Sequence record: MG655270.1 | DNA length: 64,000 nucleotides | Reading direction: 5' to 3' (one strand) | Shown: positions 9,452-18,126 of the stretch, piece by piece | Position numbering within the stretch: position 1 is the stretch's first letter | Layout: the number at the start of each line of letters is the position of its first letter | Position numbers and translations under genes: made by a program | Notes under the pieces: generated by a model | The model's input: only the letters and a program-made list of their open reading frames with translations | Databases searched by the model: none | Told to the model about the DNA's origin: nothing

Positions 9452-11019
9452 AAAAAAACCCGTGCTACGTTCAGCGGGGTGTACGCAGGGAAGGTGTTGC
9501 TAACTAGCGGTTGACGCGCCTGGCAGTTCGGGCATTTCCAACGCGGTACTGCGACTACACCGACCGTTACCCGGTTGATGAACTTGTTCAGCTCTTCAAA
9601 GAACGGTTTACGCATATCCGGGGTTGCACTGAATTGCTTCAGCAGCAATGCCACGTCATCGGCCGACTCAACATAGTTGCCATCGTTGAACTCGATCTTA
9701 GTCACCCAGTGGGCGTAACCGCGCATGGAGGACAGCGCTGCCTGTTTGTTGATGTGCTGCTCACGCTGCTCGCGCGTCATGCTGTCGTTGAAGCTGTCGG
9801 TGATCGCTTGTTGAATGCCGTTGATCCAGGCATAACCCGCTGCATTCTTATCTTCGAGTGATGGCACCCGCAGATAGAACTTCACATCTTTCACAGTGAT
9901 GACATTGTCTTTCATCACTTCAAAGCCGGTCTGATAGGCAACGACCTGCTCAACGGTACGGCCGCTGAAGTGAGACATGTGCGCACGCTGGGTTGGTGAC
10001 AGACGATTGTTGTCAATGATCGACAGACGAGAGACGTTAACTTTCGCTGCTTCAACATGCACACACTTCTTCGGATCGGCGGCACAGGCAGTAACCATGT
10101 GGTAGCCAGACTTAAAGCGTGCGCCCAGGTAGGCGTTAGCGATCAGATCAAGATCCTGCTCTTTGATTAACGGCAGCAGGGTTTTCTTATCGGAGACACC
10201 GATGCTGCTGTCAGTGACCATACCCAGCAGGAAGTCAGTCATGTGCTTACGCACCACGACATCCAGGTTGTTAAACACCAGACCGTTGGTACGACGACCG
10301 AGGATCGCTTTCTCAGCCATGATGGCGGTTTGCATATCCACAAACTCATCATCACCGGCAATCAGCAACGTAACCCAGATACCAGAATGTGGCAGCGGCA
10401 GATGGACATAGTCGCCCATGTTCATCACGCCACGAGCACGCATCACTGCCTGTGGACCGGTCAGCAGTTTAGTGCCTTCGGTACTGCGCTTCACTGGCGG
10501 GCGAGAAACACCCTGCACTTTGTTATTGTCGAGCAGAATACCCTGCAGCCACTGCGCACCATCTTGACGAATGGTCAGGTTCAGACCAGAACGGTACGAC
10601 AGGTTGGTGATGGCGTTACTGGCCAGGGATAGCCAGATCATCGCTTTATCAGCACCGTACAGACTGACGATCTCTTTTAAGATCTTCTTGTCTTCGGTGT
10701 TGGTGTCGATCTCATTGATCAACGCCGTCGCTGCATCGTAATCCTGATGCATGATAGACAGCACACCTTCCGTGCCGACATCCTCCATGGAGTTCAGCTT
10801 TTCAATGATCGGGTTCTGATAGAGCGGATCGAACGCCTGCTCAACGGCTTCAGCTTCAGGTGCTTCAGCTTCGCCCTGTTGGCCGGTTTCTGCTGGCTCG
10901 GGATCGGTGCCAATAGTACCAGTAGTCGCCGGACGGCCTGGATCAACTTCAGGAATACCAGAGTGGTTTTCTTCAACAGGCTCTTGCTGTGACAGAATGG
11001 ATGGGTTATCACCGGACAT
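9400..11019 (-). CDS. Putative tail/baseplate-hub assembly chaperone (T4 gp26/gp51-like C-terminus)
   Basis: Acidic N-terminal linker; Cys pairs CAADPKKC and WKCPNC; ends ...RVFFTL at the slippery site. Confidence 0.5.
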   Translation of the reverse strand: MSGDNPSILSQQEPVEENHSGIPEVDPGRPATTGTIGTDPEPAETGQQGEAEAPEAEAVEQAFDPLYQNPIIEKLNSMEDVGTEGVLSIMHQDYDAATALINEIDTNTEDKKILKEIVSLYGADKAMIWLSLASNAITNLSYRSGLNLTIRQDGAQWLQGILLDNNKVQGVSRPPVKRSTEGTKLLTGPQAVMRARGVMNMGDYVHLPLPHSGIWVTLLIAGDDEFVDMQTAIMAEKAILGRRTNGLVFNNLDVVVRKHMTDFLLGMVTDSSIGVSDKKTLLPLIKEQDLDLIANAYLGARFKSGYHMVTACAADPKKCVHVEAAKVNVSRLSIIDNNRLSPTQRAHMSHFSGRTVEQVVAYQTGFEVMKDNVITVKDVKFYLRVPSLEDKNAAGYAWINGIQQAITDSFNDSMTREQREQHINKQAALSSMRGYAHWVTKIEFNDGNYVESADDVALLLKQFSATPDMRKPFFEELNKFINRVTVGVVAVPRWKCPNCQARQPLVSNTFPAYTPLNVARVFFTLMTNTLNQTFDQADI

Positions 11020-11036
11020 TATGCTTATCCTTACCT

Positions 11037-11504
11037 TTACTTTTTAGTGGGGTCGACCTGAACCGGGTCATTGAGTTTGCTTGCTGCGCCAGCGGCAACC
11101 GCGTTAGCATGGGCGCTGTCTGACATGGTCAGAATGGCAGCACCGTGACGTTGCATCGCATCCAGCAATTTACTCTGCAGGACGATGTATTGTTCGTGCA
11201 CACTGAGGAAGTCAGCGATGGTGCTGTCATGCAAGGCATAACCGGTTTTGCCTTGATGCTGCTGCTTGATCATCGGCAGTGTTTCATCGATCTCTTTGAC
11301 TACAGCCAGCGCCGCTTCGATGTGCGAGCTTAACGCAGAGGGGTTTGGCTGAAAGCGAATGATGTTGGTGTTGACGGCCATGAGGCAAGTGTTGCTCAGC
11401 TCATTGCGCAAATTAATCGTATAAGTTGCCGCAGAATCCAGGTACTCCCAGAACTGATCGGGCTGATGGACCTCTGGTGCGAGAGGCGGTTCATTGGTTG
11501 ACAT
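11037..11504 (-). CDS. Hypothetical protein
   Basis: 155 aa, AAGGA RBS, co-oriented with the chaperone-like gene. Confidence 0.7.
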   Translation of the reverse strand: MSTNEPPLAPEVHQPDQFWEYLDSAATYTINLRNELSNTCLMAVNTNIIRFQPNPSALSSHIEAALAVVKEIDETLPMIKQQHQGKTGYALHDSTIADFLSVHEQYIVLQSKLLDAMQRHGAAILTMSDSAHANAVAAGAASKLNDPVQVDPTKK

Positions 11505-11596
11505 AACGGGTCCTTGAGGTGATTTATCTTGTGGCTTACATATATTGACACTACTAATGTCAACAATTACAACGTTTATACGGAAAAGGCACGGTC

Positions 11597-12508
11597 ATGA
11601 GTGATTTTACTGACTTAACGAAATTGAAGACCGAATTACCACAAAACATCCAAAAGATTGATGAGCAGGATGATGTGGGTGACTTCAGCGATCTTAACGA
11701 CTACCTCATGACCATCATTCCGGATGAACGGCGTGAGCGCTTGATCGCGATCTGTCAAAACTTGAGCACCCTGCAATATCATCAAGTCCAGCCCGATGTG
11801 GATCGGTTACTGATGATGGCCAACGACGGTGAAGCGCCGTCGGTACTCGATGACTTGACCCGGTTGTTATTTGAACACGCTTATGACTTAACGAAAAACA
11901 TGGGCTTTAACTGGGCTGATGAGATTGAGTTTGATCAGCTGTTCCTGCTCGGTGATGTAATCGAAGGTGCCATGTTGATTGATGGCATGGAAGACTACGG
12001 CGACCTCTCAGCGATCCTGGATGGGGATGACTCAGTTGAAGAGAAGGTGGTGGATATCTGGGGCCTGGTGCTCGACAAAGACATGCACCATCTCTTTGAA
12101 CAGATCCAGTCCATCGAACCGGCGGTGATCAGCGGGATCAAGCAAGTCACGACCCGACCGTATGCCGAAGACGATTATGCAGATGTGCAGCGCCCACTTG
12201 AGTTCGTGGTTGAGCGGTTGGTGAAAGTCCGTGAAATGATGAAGACCGATGGCATTGCTTACCAGCATGTGGCCAAGGGCGGGGCATTAGGCGTTGAGCT
12301 CGATTCACTGATCACGCTCTACACCCCTGAGTTGAATGCCGTGACCGATCCGATCGAACTGACCGACCTGCTGGTTGCCTTTACCCTGATCAGCAACACC
12401 CCGGATGGGTTGGTGAAATCCACCGCATCCCGGTTGGCAGAAAAATGGATTGATGATATCGAAGTCATCAATGTGGTAGGTAAACATATCGACAGGTATC
12501 CCGTGTGA
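11597..12508 (+). CDS. Acidic hypothetical protein (probably virion-associated)
   Basis: 303 aa, D/E-rich, coupled (GTGA overlap) to the RNAP gene. Confidence 0.7.
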   Translation: MSDFTDLTKLKTELPQNIQKIDEQDDVGDFSDLNDYLMTIIPDERRERLIAICQNLSTLQYHQVQPDVDRLLMMANDGEAPSVLDDLTRLLFEHAYDLTKNMGFNWADEIEFDQLFLLGDVIEGAMLIDGMEDYGDLSAILDGDDSVEEKVVDIWGLVLDKDMHHLFEQIQSIEPAVISGIKQVTTRPYAEDDYADVQRPLEFVVERLVKVREMMKTDGIAYQHVAKGGALGVELDSLITLYTPELNAVTDPIELTDLLVAFTLISNTPDGLVKSTASRLAEKWIDDIEVINVVGKHIDRYPV

Positions 12509-13815
12509 ATATTCGCGACTATTTAATCATGGCCTTTCGGGCAGGGGCTTACAAGCAACGCCAGTGGGTGTTGAGTGTCATGAGTATCACCCAGACCCCG
12601 GATGGTAAATCCGTAGCAGACAGTATGATCCCGTATCAGGCACACCGCATCAACATCGGTGCGACACTCGATTGGGCTTACTGGGACGACTTCAACAAAA
12701 CCTTTGTGCCGATCGAGGGAGTGGATGTTAACTTCCCGTTGTTTCGACCCGAGGATCAATACACACTACAACCTGGGGATTTCGCCAATGTCACTGAAGA
12801 AGTTACTACTACTTTCGGCCGTATTCTGGCTAACCATTATTATTTTATCGATGTGGTCGGTGAACGTGTCCCCTTTCAGAACGTAGAATTCAACCGCGGG
12901 ATGCTGGAGAAGATCTACAAGGCCCGGGTATTAGAAGACGCCCAGGACTTGCGGCGTTCTGATCCGTTCTACCTGACCGTCGATGAATTCAAACGCTCAG
13001 TGGATAATGGTTTTGCCTTGGGTGGGTTGTCGAAACTTTGTGTACCGACTGCTTGTCCGGAAACCATGTATCCGCCGAAGTTCATCATCGAGATGCGTGA
13101 CCGTCTGTTTGAAGAACACAAGGATGAGCTCAACAATCCGGTCGTCATGGGACGTATTCAGGATGAGCTGTTAAAGCACTACCGTGAGTTCCTAATGTCC
13201 ACCCCGTCAGCCAAGTTCTTTGTGATCAAGAAGACCATCGACCAGGCCTTCAACAACATGTTCTTGACCGGTGGTATTGCGGGGGCTTTTGGCGGTAACA
13301 CTGTTATTACCAACTCGCTGTACGAAGGCTGGAACCTGAAGAACTTCCCGGCGTTAGTGAATGGCTCTATCGAAGCTTCCTTTGACCGTGGTGCAGCTAC
13401 AGCTGATGGCGGCGAGAAAGTGAAGATGTTGATCCGTGCCACGCAGAACATCCGTATCACCGATGATGATTGTGGAACTCAGCTTGGGGTGCCGTGGGTG
13501 ATTGAAGATGCCGGCAAGGCACGCTTCATTAACTCTTACATACTGGATAAGGGTGTGACGATTCTGTTAACTCCGGAGAACATTGATAAGTTCGTCGGTA
13601 AACCAGTCATGACCCGTTCACCCAGCTTCTGTAAGAAATCCCATGGCGACTCCTGTAAGTTCTGCGTCGGTGCGCATAACGCCACCAACCCACGCGGGAT
13701 GTCTTCTGGTACCTCGAAGATCGGTTCTACCCTGATGTTGTTATCGATGAAAGCGATGCATAAAGGCAGTAAGATCGATCTGATCGAGTATAACCTTGAT
13801 GAGGTCTTTAACTGA
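12505..13815 (+). CDS. Multisubunit RNA polymerase beta-prime fragment (bridge helix to trigger loop), probably virion RNAP, phiKZ gp80-like
   Basis: ATADGGEKVKMLIRATQNIRITDDDCGT (cf. RpoC region F ...EDDCGT), RSPSFC...CKFCVG Zn site, IGSTLMLLSMKAMHKG (trigger loop); synteny. Confidence 0.88.
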   Translation: MNIRDYLIMAFRAGAYKQRQWVLSVMSITQTPDGKSVADSMIPYQAHRINIGATLDWAYWDDFNKTFVPIEGVDVNFPLFRPEDQYTLQPGDFANVTEEVTTTFGRILANHYYFIDVVGERVPFQNVEFNRGMLEKIYKARVLEDAQDLRRSDPFYLTVDEFKRSVDNGFALGGLSKLCVPTACPETMYPPKFIIEMRDRLFEEHKDELNNPVVMGRIQDELLKHYREFLMSTPSAKFFVIKKTIDQAFNNMFLTGGIAGAFGGNTVITNSLYEGWNLKNFPALVNGSIEASFDRGAATADGGEKVKMLIRATQNIRITDDDCGTQLGVPWVIEDAGKARFINSYILDKGVTILLTPENIDKFVGKPVMTRSPSFCKKSHGDSCKFCVGAHNATNPRGMSSGTSKIGSTLMLLSMKAMHKGSKIDLIEYNLDEVFN

Positions 13816-13826
13816 GGATATCTGAA

Positions 13827-13836
13827 ACCTACATTA
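13827..13836 (+). promoter_or_regulatory. Candidate phage promoter ACCTACATTA
   Basis: Identical 10-mer upstream of genes at 54045 and 63924; CTACATT core at 18105 and 24694. Confidence 0.5.
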
Positions 13837-13870
13837 TAAAAAGGATATGATTTAATAAAAGGAGTTCCCG

Positions 13871-14578
13871 ATGTATGGTCTATTGATCTTAGCACTACCC
13901 CGGTCACCGTACGTCCACATGAGTGCGATGACTGCGGACAGGTTTACTGAACTGCTCCCACAACTCCAGAAAGAGCTCGATGCAGATATCTTTCCCAACG
14001 TCTGCTTCCAAGGTGCGTTTAACGTCAGCAACACGCGTACTGTAACACCCTTGTTCATTCCGTGTAATGGTTTGGTGTCAGCACGGGAACTGGGGTATGA
14101 GCAGATTCGTAACATTCTCGCTAACCCGGAGAAAGAGATCCAACATCTCACCAACATCGGTGACTGGTTAGGTCGTCCTGGCAGGCTGATGTTTGGTGAT
14201 GATGATCAAGGTGTGTTGGTCACTGATATGTATAAGTGGCTACTGCAGGCAGGAAAGGTTCGTCTGTCATTTCGTTTCCAGCCGATCTATCTGGCCGACG
14301 TAGCAGGCGAAGTAATTCCTACCCACACCTATCCGCGTGATCATTTCTACGACCAGGTCTACCTCGATAAAGACGGTGAGCGTGCTTTCCTGTCTTACGG
14401 CTCGTGTGGTGAAGAAGGCTGTGTCATAGAACCCAGAGAAGAGAAACCCGTGCAAGTGTACGGCGTTACCTACTCGTCACTGGATGAAGTGGCCCGATGC
14501 TATAACCTGCCTGAACAGTACGTGAAAGAACGCGTTGAGTCTGACAGCCTTGAATGGCTGGAGTGGTCATATTTGTAA
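13871..14578 (+). CDS. Hypothetical protein with C-terminal NUMOD1-like HTH; paralogue of 18127..18909
   Basis: LTNIGDWL shared with 18127 ORF; C-terminal VYGVTYSSLDEVARCYNL...WLEWSYL. Confidence 0.65.
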   Translation: MYGLLILALPRSPYVHMSAMTADRFTELLPQLQKELDADIFPNVCFQGAFNVSNTRTVTPLFIPCNGLVSARELGYEQIRNILANPEKEIQHLTNIGDWLGRPGRLMFGDDDQGVLVTDMYKWLLQAGKVRLSFRFQPIYLADVAGEVIPTHTYPRDHFYDQVYLDKDGERAFLSYGSCGEEGCVIEPREEKPVQVYGVTYSSLDEVARCYNLPEQYVKERVESDSLEWLEWSYL

Positions 14579-14706
14579 AAGTATTTGGGGATGAGACGCA
14601 GAGCTGATTCCCATCTACGGTAAGTTGTTCAAGGAAGCAGCAAACCGGTTATAAAAAATGAAAGGGTTTTCGTAAGATAGTCAGTGCTCCGTACCCGAGA
14701 CAATAC

Positions 14707-14904
14707 ATGACCACAAACCCGCAGTTTATTTTCGTGGCTCAGAATTCTGATGCTACACACAGCGTAGAGAAACTGGAAGTAGGACGCGATACCGATACCC
14801 AGAAGAACCTCACGGAACTTCGTAAAGGTTTGCCGTTCGACTTCTCGTTTATCATGTCTGAAGAGGCGATCTATCAACTTCGACAGGCAGGGCACATCAA
14901 CTAA
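14707..14904 (+). CDS. Small hypothetical protein
   Basis: 65 aa, fills the gap before the Tad2-like gene. Confidence 0.5.
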   Translation: MTTNPQFIFVAQNSDATHSVEKLEVGRDTDTQKNLTELRKGLPFDFSFIMSEEAIYQLRQAGHIN

Positions 14905-14919
14905 ACTGCTGAGGTAGTC

Positions 14920-15372
14920 ATGACGAACAAATCGGAGATCTCACACGGTGGTGGTGATCAGCCTATGGAAAAAGAGCAAAGCAACTTATCCGTATTGGTG
15001 AACTACTCCACAGGTGTGATGGAAGGTGACCGTTTTAATTACTCGGTTGCATTGGCGCTGTTGAAAGACGGTATCAAAGTGAAACGCGAAGACTGGAAGA
15101 ACGCTTTCCTGGTGTTCGTCCCGGGTAGTCAGAATGTTGAACTGCCAAAAGGGTCGCCGTATGAAGTCGCACTCCACGGTAAGAAGTCCGTTGCCAATAT
15201 TCGTCCGCACATCGATCTGTACACGGAGTACGGTGAATTCGAAGTCGGTTGGACCGCCAACCAGGAAGACACCAACGCCGATGACTGGATGATTGTCTTA
15301 GACAAGAACACCAATCAAGACGACAGTGCCGACGAAGAGAAAGAGTCCTCAAACGACGACTCGAAGTCATAA
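14920..15372 (+). CDS. tad2: DUF2829/Tad2-family anti-defence sponge protein
   Basis: FNYSVALALLKDGIKVKREDWKNAFLVF...PHIDLYTEYGEFEVGWTANQEDTNADDWMIV fits the Tad2 pattern F.EAL..LK.G..V.R..W...W.PSQ.D..A.DW. Confidence 0.8.
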   Translation: MTNKSEISHGGGDQPMEKEQSNLSVLVNYSTGVMEGDRFNYSVALALLKDGIKVKREDWKNAFLVFVPGSQNVELPKGSPYEVALHGKKSVANIRPHIDLYTEYGEFEVGWTANQEDTNADDWMIVLDKNTNQDDSADEEKESSNDDSKS

Positions 15373-15377
15373 ACCCC

Positions 15378-15406
15378 AGGAGAGCTTCGGCTCTCCTTTT
15401 ATGCCC
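15378..15406 (+). terminator. cUUCGg stem-loop plus TTTATGCCC
   Basis: AGGAGAGC-TTCG-GCTCTCCT-TTTATGCCC. Confidence 0.75.
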
Positions 15407-15421
15407 ATTAAGGAACATGTC

Positions 15422-15781
15422 ATGAGTGAAAAGAAAGCGTTTGAAGTGGTATTGGATAGCCGTCATGAACCGTACGAGGCTTACCAGTTATTAGTGGCTC
15501 GCATCAATACCTTATTGCGCACCGGTCAAGGCTACCATGAAGTGAAACTCACGAAGTGGCAGCTTTACGATAACGGTCTTCTTATCAAGGGAGATGATGA
15601 TGTGCATATCTCCTTGTTGCGTCATTTCTATTACGATAAGCAACGCAATACGTTTGGTGGTGGCTTCATGGCCTTTGAGATCCTGGAAGATTTGGGTCGT
15701 TACTACAAGGTGCCCGATATCACAGAAGGGATGAGCGAGAACGTTGGCCTCGTCTTCACGGTCACGGTAACCACACCATAA
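15422..15781 (+). CDS. Hypothetical protein, tandem paralogue 1 (VKLTKW)
   Basis: AAGGA RBS before ATG 15422. Confidence 0.65.
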   Translation: MSEKKAFEVVLDSRHEPYEAYQLLVARINTLLRTGQGYHEVKLTKWQLYDNGLLIKGDDDVHISLLRHFYYDKQRNTFGGGFMAFEILEDLGRYYKVPDITEGMSENVGLVFTVTVTTP

Positions 15782-15787
15782 GAGGTT

Positions 15788-16156
15788 GTGATGAAACCAC
15801 TCTTCGCCATGAAGTTCGATACCCGGGATGCGGGATTAGGGGATCAGCTCGATCTGCTGCAATCACGGGTGAAGGCTTACTCTAAACACGGCACCATGAT
15901 CAAGGACGTGGCGGTGACGGCCTGGTTGGTCTGTTCGGATAACATGCCAGTTGCCGGTGATGACCCTGCTTATGCCAGCATTATCCACCGTTACCGTTAC
16001 GACATCGAACAGCAGTGTGTGGTCGGTGGGGTCAGTGCCATGGATGCTCTGCGTGAGATCTGGTCGGCGTATGGTCCTGACTCTACCCTCCCACCGTTCA
16101 GCCGGATACCCGGTGCTGTCGATATGCAATTTACCTTAACTGTGTTCACTATTTAA
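15788..16156 (+). CDS. Hypothetical protein, tandem paralogue 2 (VAVTAW)
   Basis: GAGG RBS, 122 aa. Confidence 0.65.
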   Translation: MMKPLFAMKFDTRDAGLGDQLDLLQSRVKAYSKHGTMIKDVAVTAWLVCSDNMPVAGDDPAYASIIHRYRYDIEQQCVVGGVSAMDALREIWSAYGPDSTLPPFSRIPGAVDMQFTLTVFTI

Positions 16157-16169
16157 AGGAGATGCCCTC

Positions 16170-16562
16170 ATGGGAGTTTCTACTGCTGCTGCTCGTCGTT
16201 CTAAAGAAGGGGTGTTTACCCGGAGTATTGAAGTGCGTCACGATCACTGGAAACGGGATATCACTGATTTAGGACTGGATGTCCATAACCTGGTGTTGTG
16301 CAAGCAGGAGATCGTGTCCGTTACCCTCACCGCCTGGCGGGCGTATGATGAGTGCGGTGTATTGCGTGGCAGTGCCAAAGAGTTGAAGTTAGACATTACG
16401 GAATGGTTCCTCGGTGACAAAGGCCCGGTCATTAATGATGCGATCAAACCTCTCACGTTTGCCTTCATCATTAATCAACAACGCAGCCAACGCACGCCCT
16501 GGGTAAAAGATGTCCGCTTAGGGCTTAACCTGTCCATTGTCTACAAGAGGATTCAGCAATAA
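16170..16562 (+). CDS. Hypothetical protein, tandem paralogue 3 (VTLTAW)
   Basis: AAGGAG RBS, 130 aa. Confidence 0.65.
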   Translation: MGVSTAAARRSKEGVFTRSIEVRHDHWKRDITDLGLDVHNLVLCKQEIVSVTLTAWRAYDECGVLRGSAKELKLDITEWFLGDKGPVINDAIKPLTFAFIINQQRSQRTPWVKDVRLGLNLSIVYKRIQQ

Positions 16563-16906
16563 TGGAAATTGTCCACCAACTCGATCTTAGCCACGGCTGG
16601 GAACCCTTCAACCGCCTGAAAGCCGCCTTTGCCAAGAAACCCCCGGAGGCGATCTACATCACTGCCTGGGTAGCTCATGGTTATAAAGGAAACCTCATCG
16701 GTGATGAGCAAGTGGTGAAAGGGTCGTGTCAGGAGTGCCGGATTGATGTGACCCACATCTTCTTTCCCAGTCGACCTGAGATCTTGATTGGTTTGTCGAG
16801 CTTCATTAACACCATTAATCGTGACGGGCCGGTGAAGATCCCGGCCTGGACCGGATCGATTACTCTTTGTCTTGAATTAGCGATAAGTTATACGGATAGA
16901 ATTTAA
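16562..16906 (+). CDS. Hypothetical protein, tandem paralogue 4 (IYITAW)
   Basis: GAGGA RBS, TAATG coupling, 114 aa. Confidence 0.65.
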   Translation: MEIVHQLDLSHGWEPFNRLKAAFAKKPPEAIYITAWVAHGYKGNLIGDEQVVKGSCQECRIDVTHIFFPSRPEILIGLSSFINTINRDGPVKIPAWTGSITLCLELAISYTDRI

Positions 16907-17013
16907 TCGGCATATATTCTGTCTCGTTAGCGTAAGCTCGCTAAAAACCCTTTTAAAGTTTTGTATAACAAACTATCAACTTTGTAGAAAGAAACAAATA
17001 GGAAATTAATCTC

Positions 17014-17724
17014 ATGTTGCATGAAAACTTTGAAGCCTTAGTGGCGAACATCGCCAACCAAATCAATCAGCTGGAGCCAGAGGATCTGTCGTCACTGATC
17101 CTGACCAAGAGCGGGGTCTACATCAACGACAAGCGACACGATCGCACGCGTCTGCTGCTGAACCTGTTTACCCCACAACCCGGGCACACGCATGACGTGA
17201 CCTTCGATCAAGAGCTGCAGGATGCTTTCGCTCACAACAACCTAGAGTTTATCAAAGTCGGTGAAGGGATCGCCTACGGACTACTGCGTACCAGTATCGT
17301 TAACAACGAACCCGCGGTGTTCTGGATTCACGCCGATGTCTCCGATGATGCATCATTACTGAAGCAAGCCTGGGATATCATCACCGACCTGAAGAAGAAT
17401 GCGGGTTACCCCCAGGCGTTTAACATTGACGTGCTCGACGTAAGCTGGCATGCGTTAAGCTGGGCACAACTGCTGGGGACTTTGCTTGACCGCACTGACC
17501 CGACCCGCCGGTTCCGCTTGGCAACTAACGCCGACTACGATTTTGTGTTATCCCAGAAAGCCATCACGTACTACCAGGAGACGTTGAGTAAACGTCCGAT
17601 GGCACCGGTTGCTTACCTCGATGACACTAACTTGTTTAACGGTGGCGACTTTAACGACAGTGATCGCAACTGGGCAATCGCCCCGAACGACAGCACCCGC
17701 CCTATCGTGAAGGTGTATGTTTAA
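17014..17724 (+). CDS. Hypothetical protein
   Basis: 236 aa after an AT-rich intergenic region, AGGA RBS. Confidence 0.7.
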   Translation: MLHENFEALVANIANQINQLEPEDLSSLILTKSGVYINDKRHDRTRLLLNLFTPQPGHTHDVTFDQELQDAFAHNNLEFIKVGEGIAYGLLRTSIVNNEPAVFWIHADVSDDASLLKQAWDIITDLKKNAGYPQAFNIDVLDVSWHALSWAQLLGTLLDRTDPTRRFRLATNADYDFVLSQKAITYYQETLSKRPMAPVAYLDDTNLFNGGDFNDSDRNWAIAPNDSTRPIVKVYV

Positions 17725-17782
17725 ATAAACACAAGCTCCAGATGGTATACTTGGAAACATTTATTGATCTGGAGCCCCAGCC

Positions 17783-18082
17783 ATGCAAAACAATGACGAT
17801 GTGGTGCCGATGCACTATAACCACAACGTGGACATGAATAATCCGCTCGACGTGGATGAAGAGGCGTTAAAGGTTCGCTTCGCTGCGCGCCTGTGCAGCT
17901 TCCTTGATCTTGCCGAGCAACTGAATAAGGATGACTTAACCCAAAACGATATCAGTCAGTTCACCGTCGGTATCGTAAACTTAGTGTGTGACTCAATGGG
18001 CAGTAGTCCCAAACGAGACCTTTACAGGAGACAGATGGTTGACAAACTTGAACCTGTTCTGTCGAGGCATCTGATTAAATAG
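17783..18082 (+). CDS. Hypothetical protein
   Basis: 99 aa; GGAG RBS lies inside a hairpin. Confidence 0.65.
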   Translation: MQNNDDVVPMHYNHNVDMNNPLDVDEEALKVRFAARLCSFLDLAEQLNKDDLTQNDISQFTVGIVNLVCDSMGSSPKRDLYRRQMVDKLEPVLSRHLIK

Positions 18083-18126
18083 TCGGAGGCGTGACGGAAC
18101 GCGACTACATTGCAGTATAAAAGGAT

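Noticed and set aside
11545-11575. Host sigma70 promoter
   Set aside because: Perfect -35 but poor -10 on both strands
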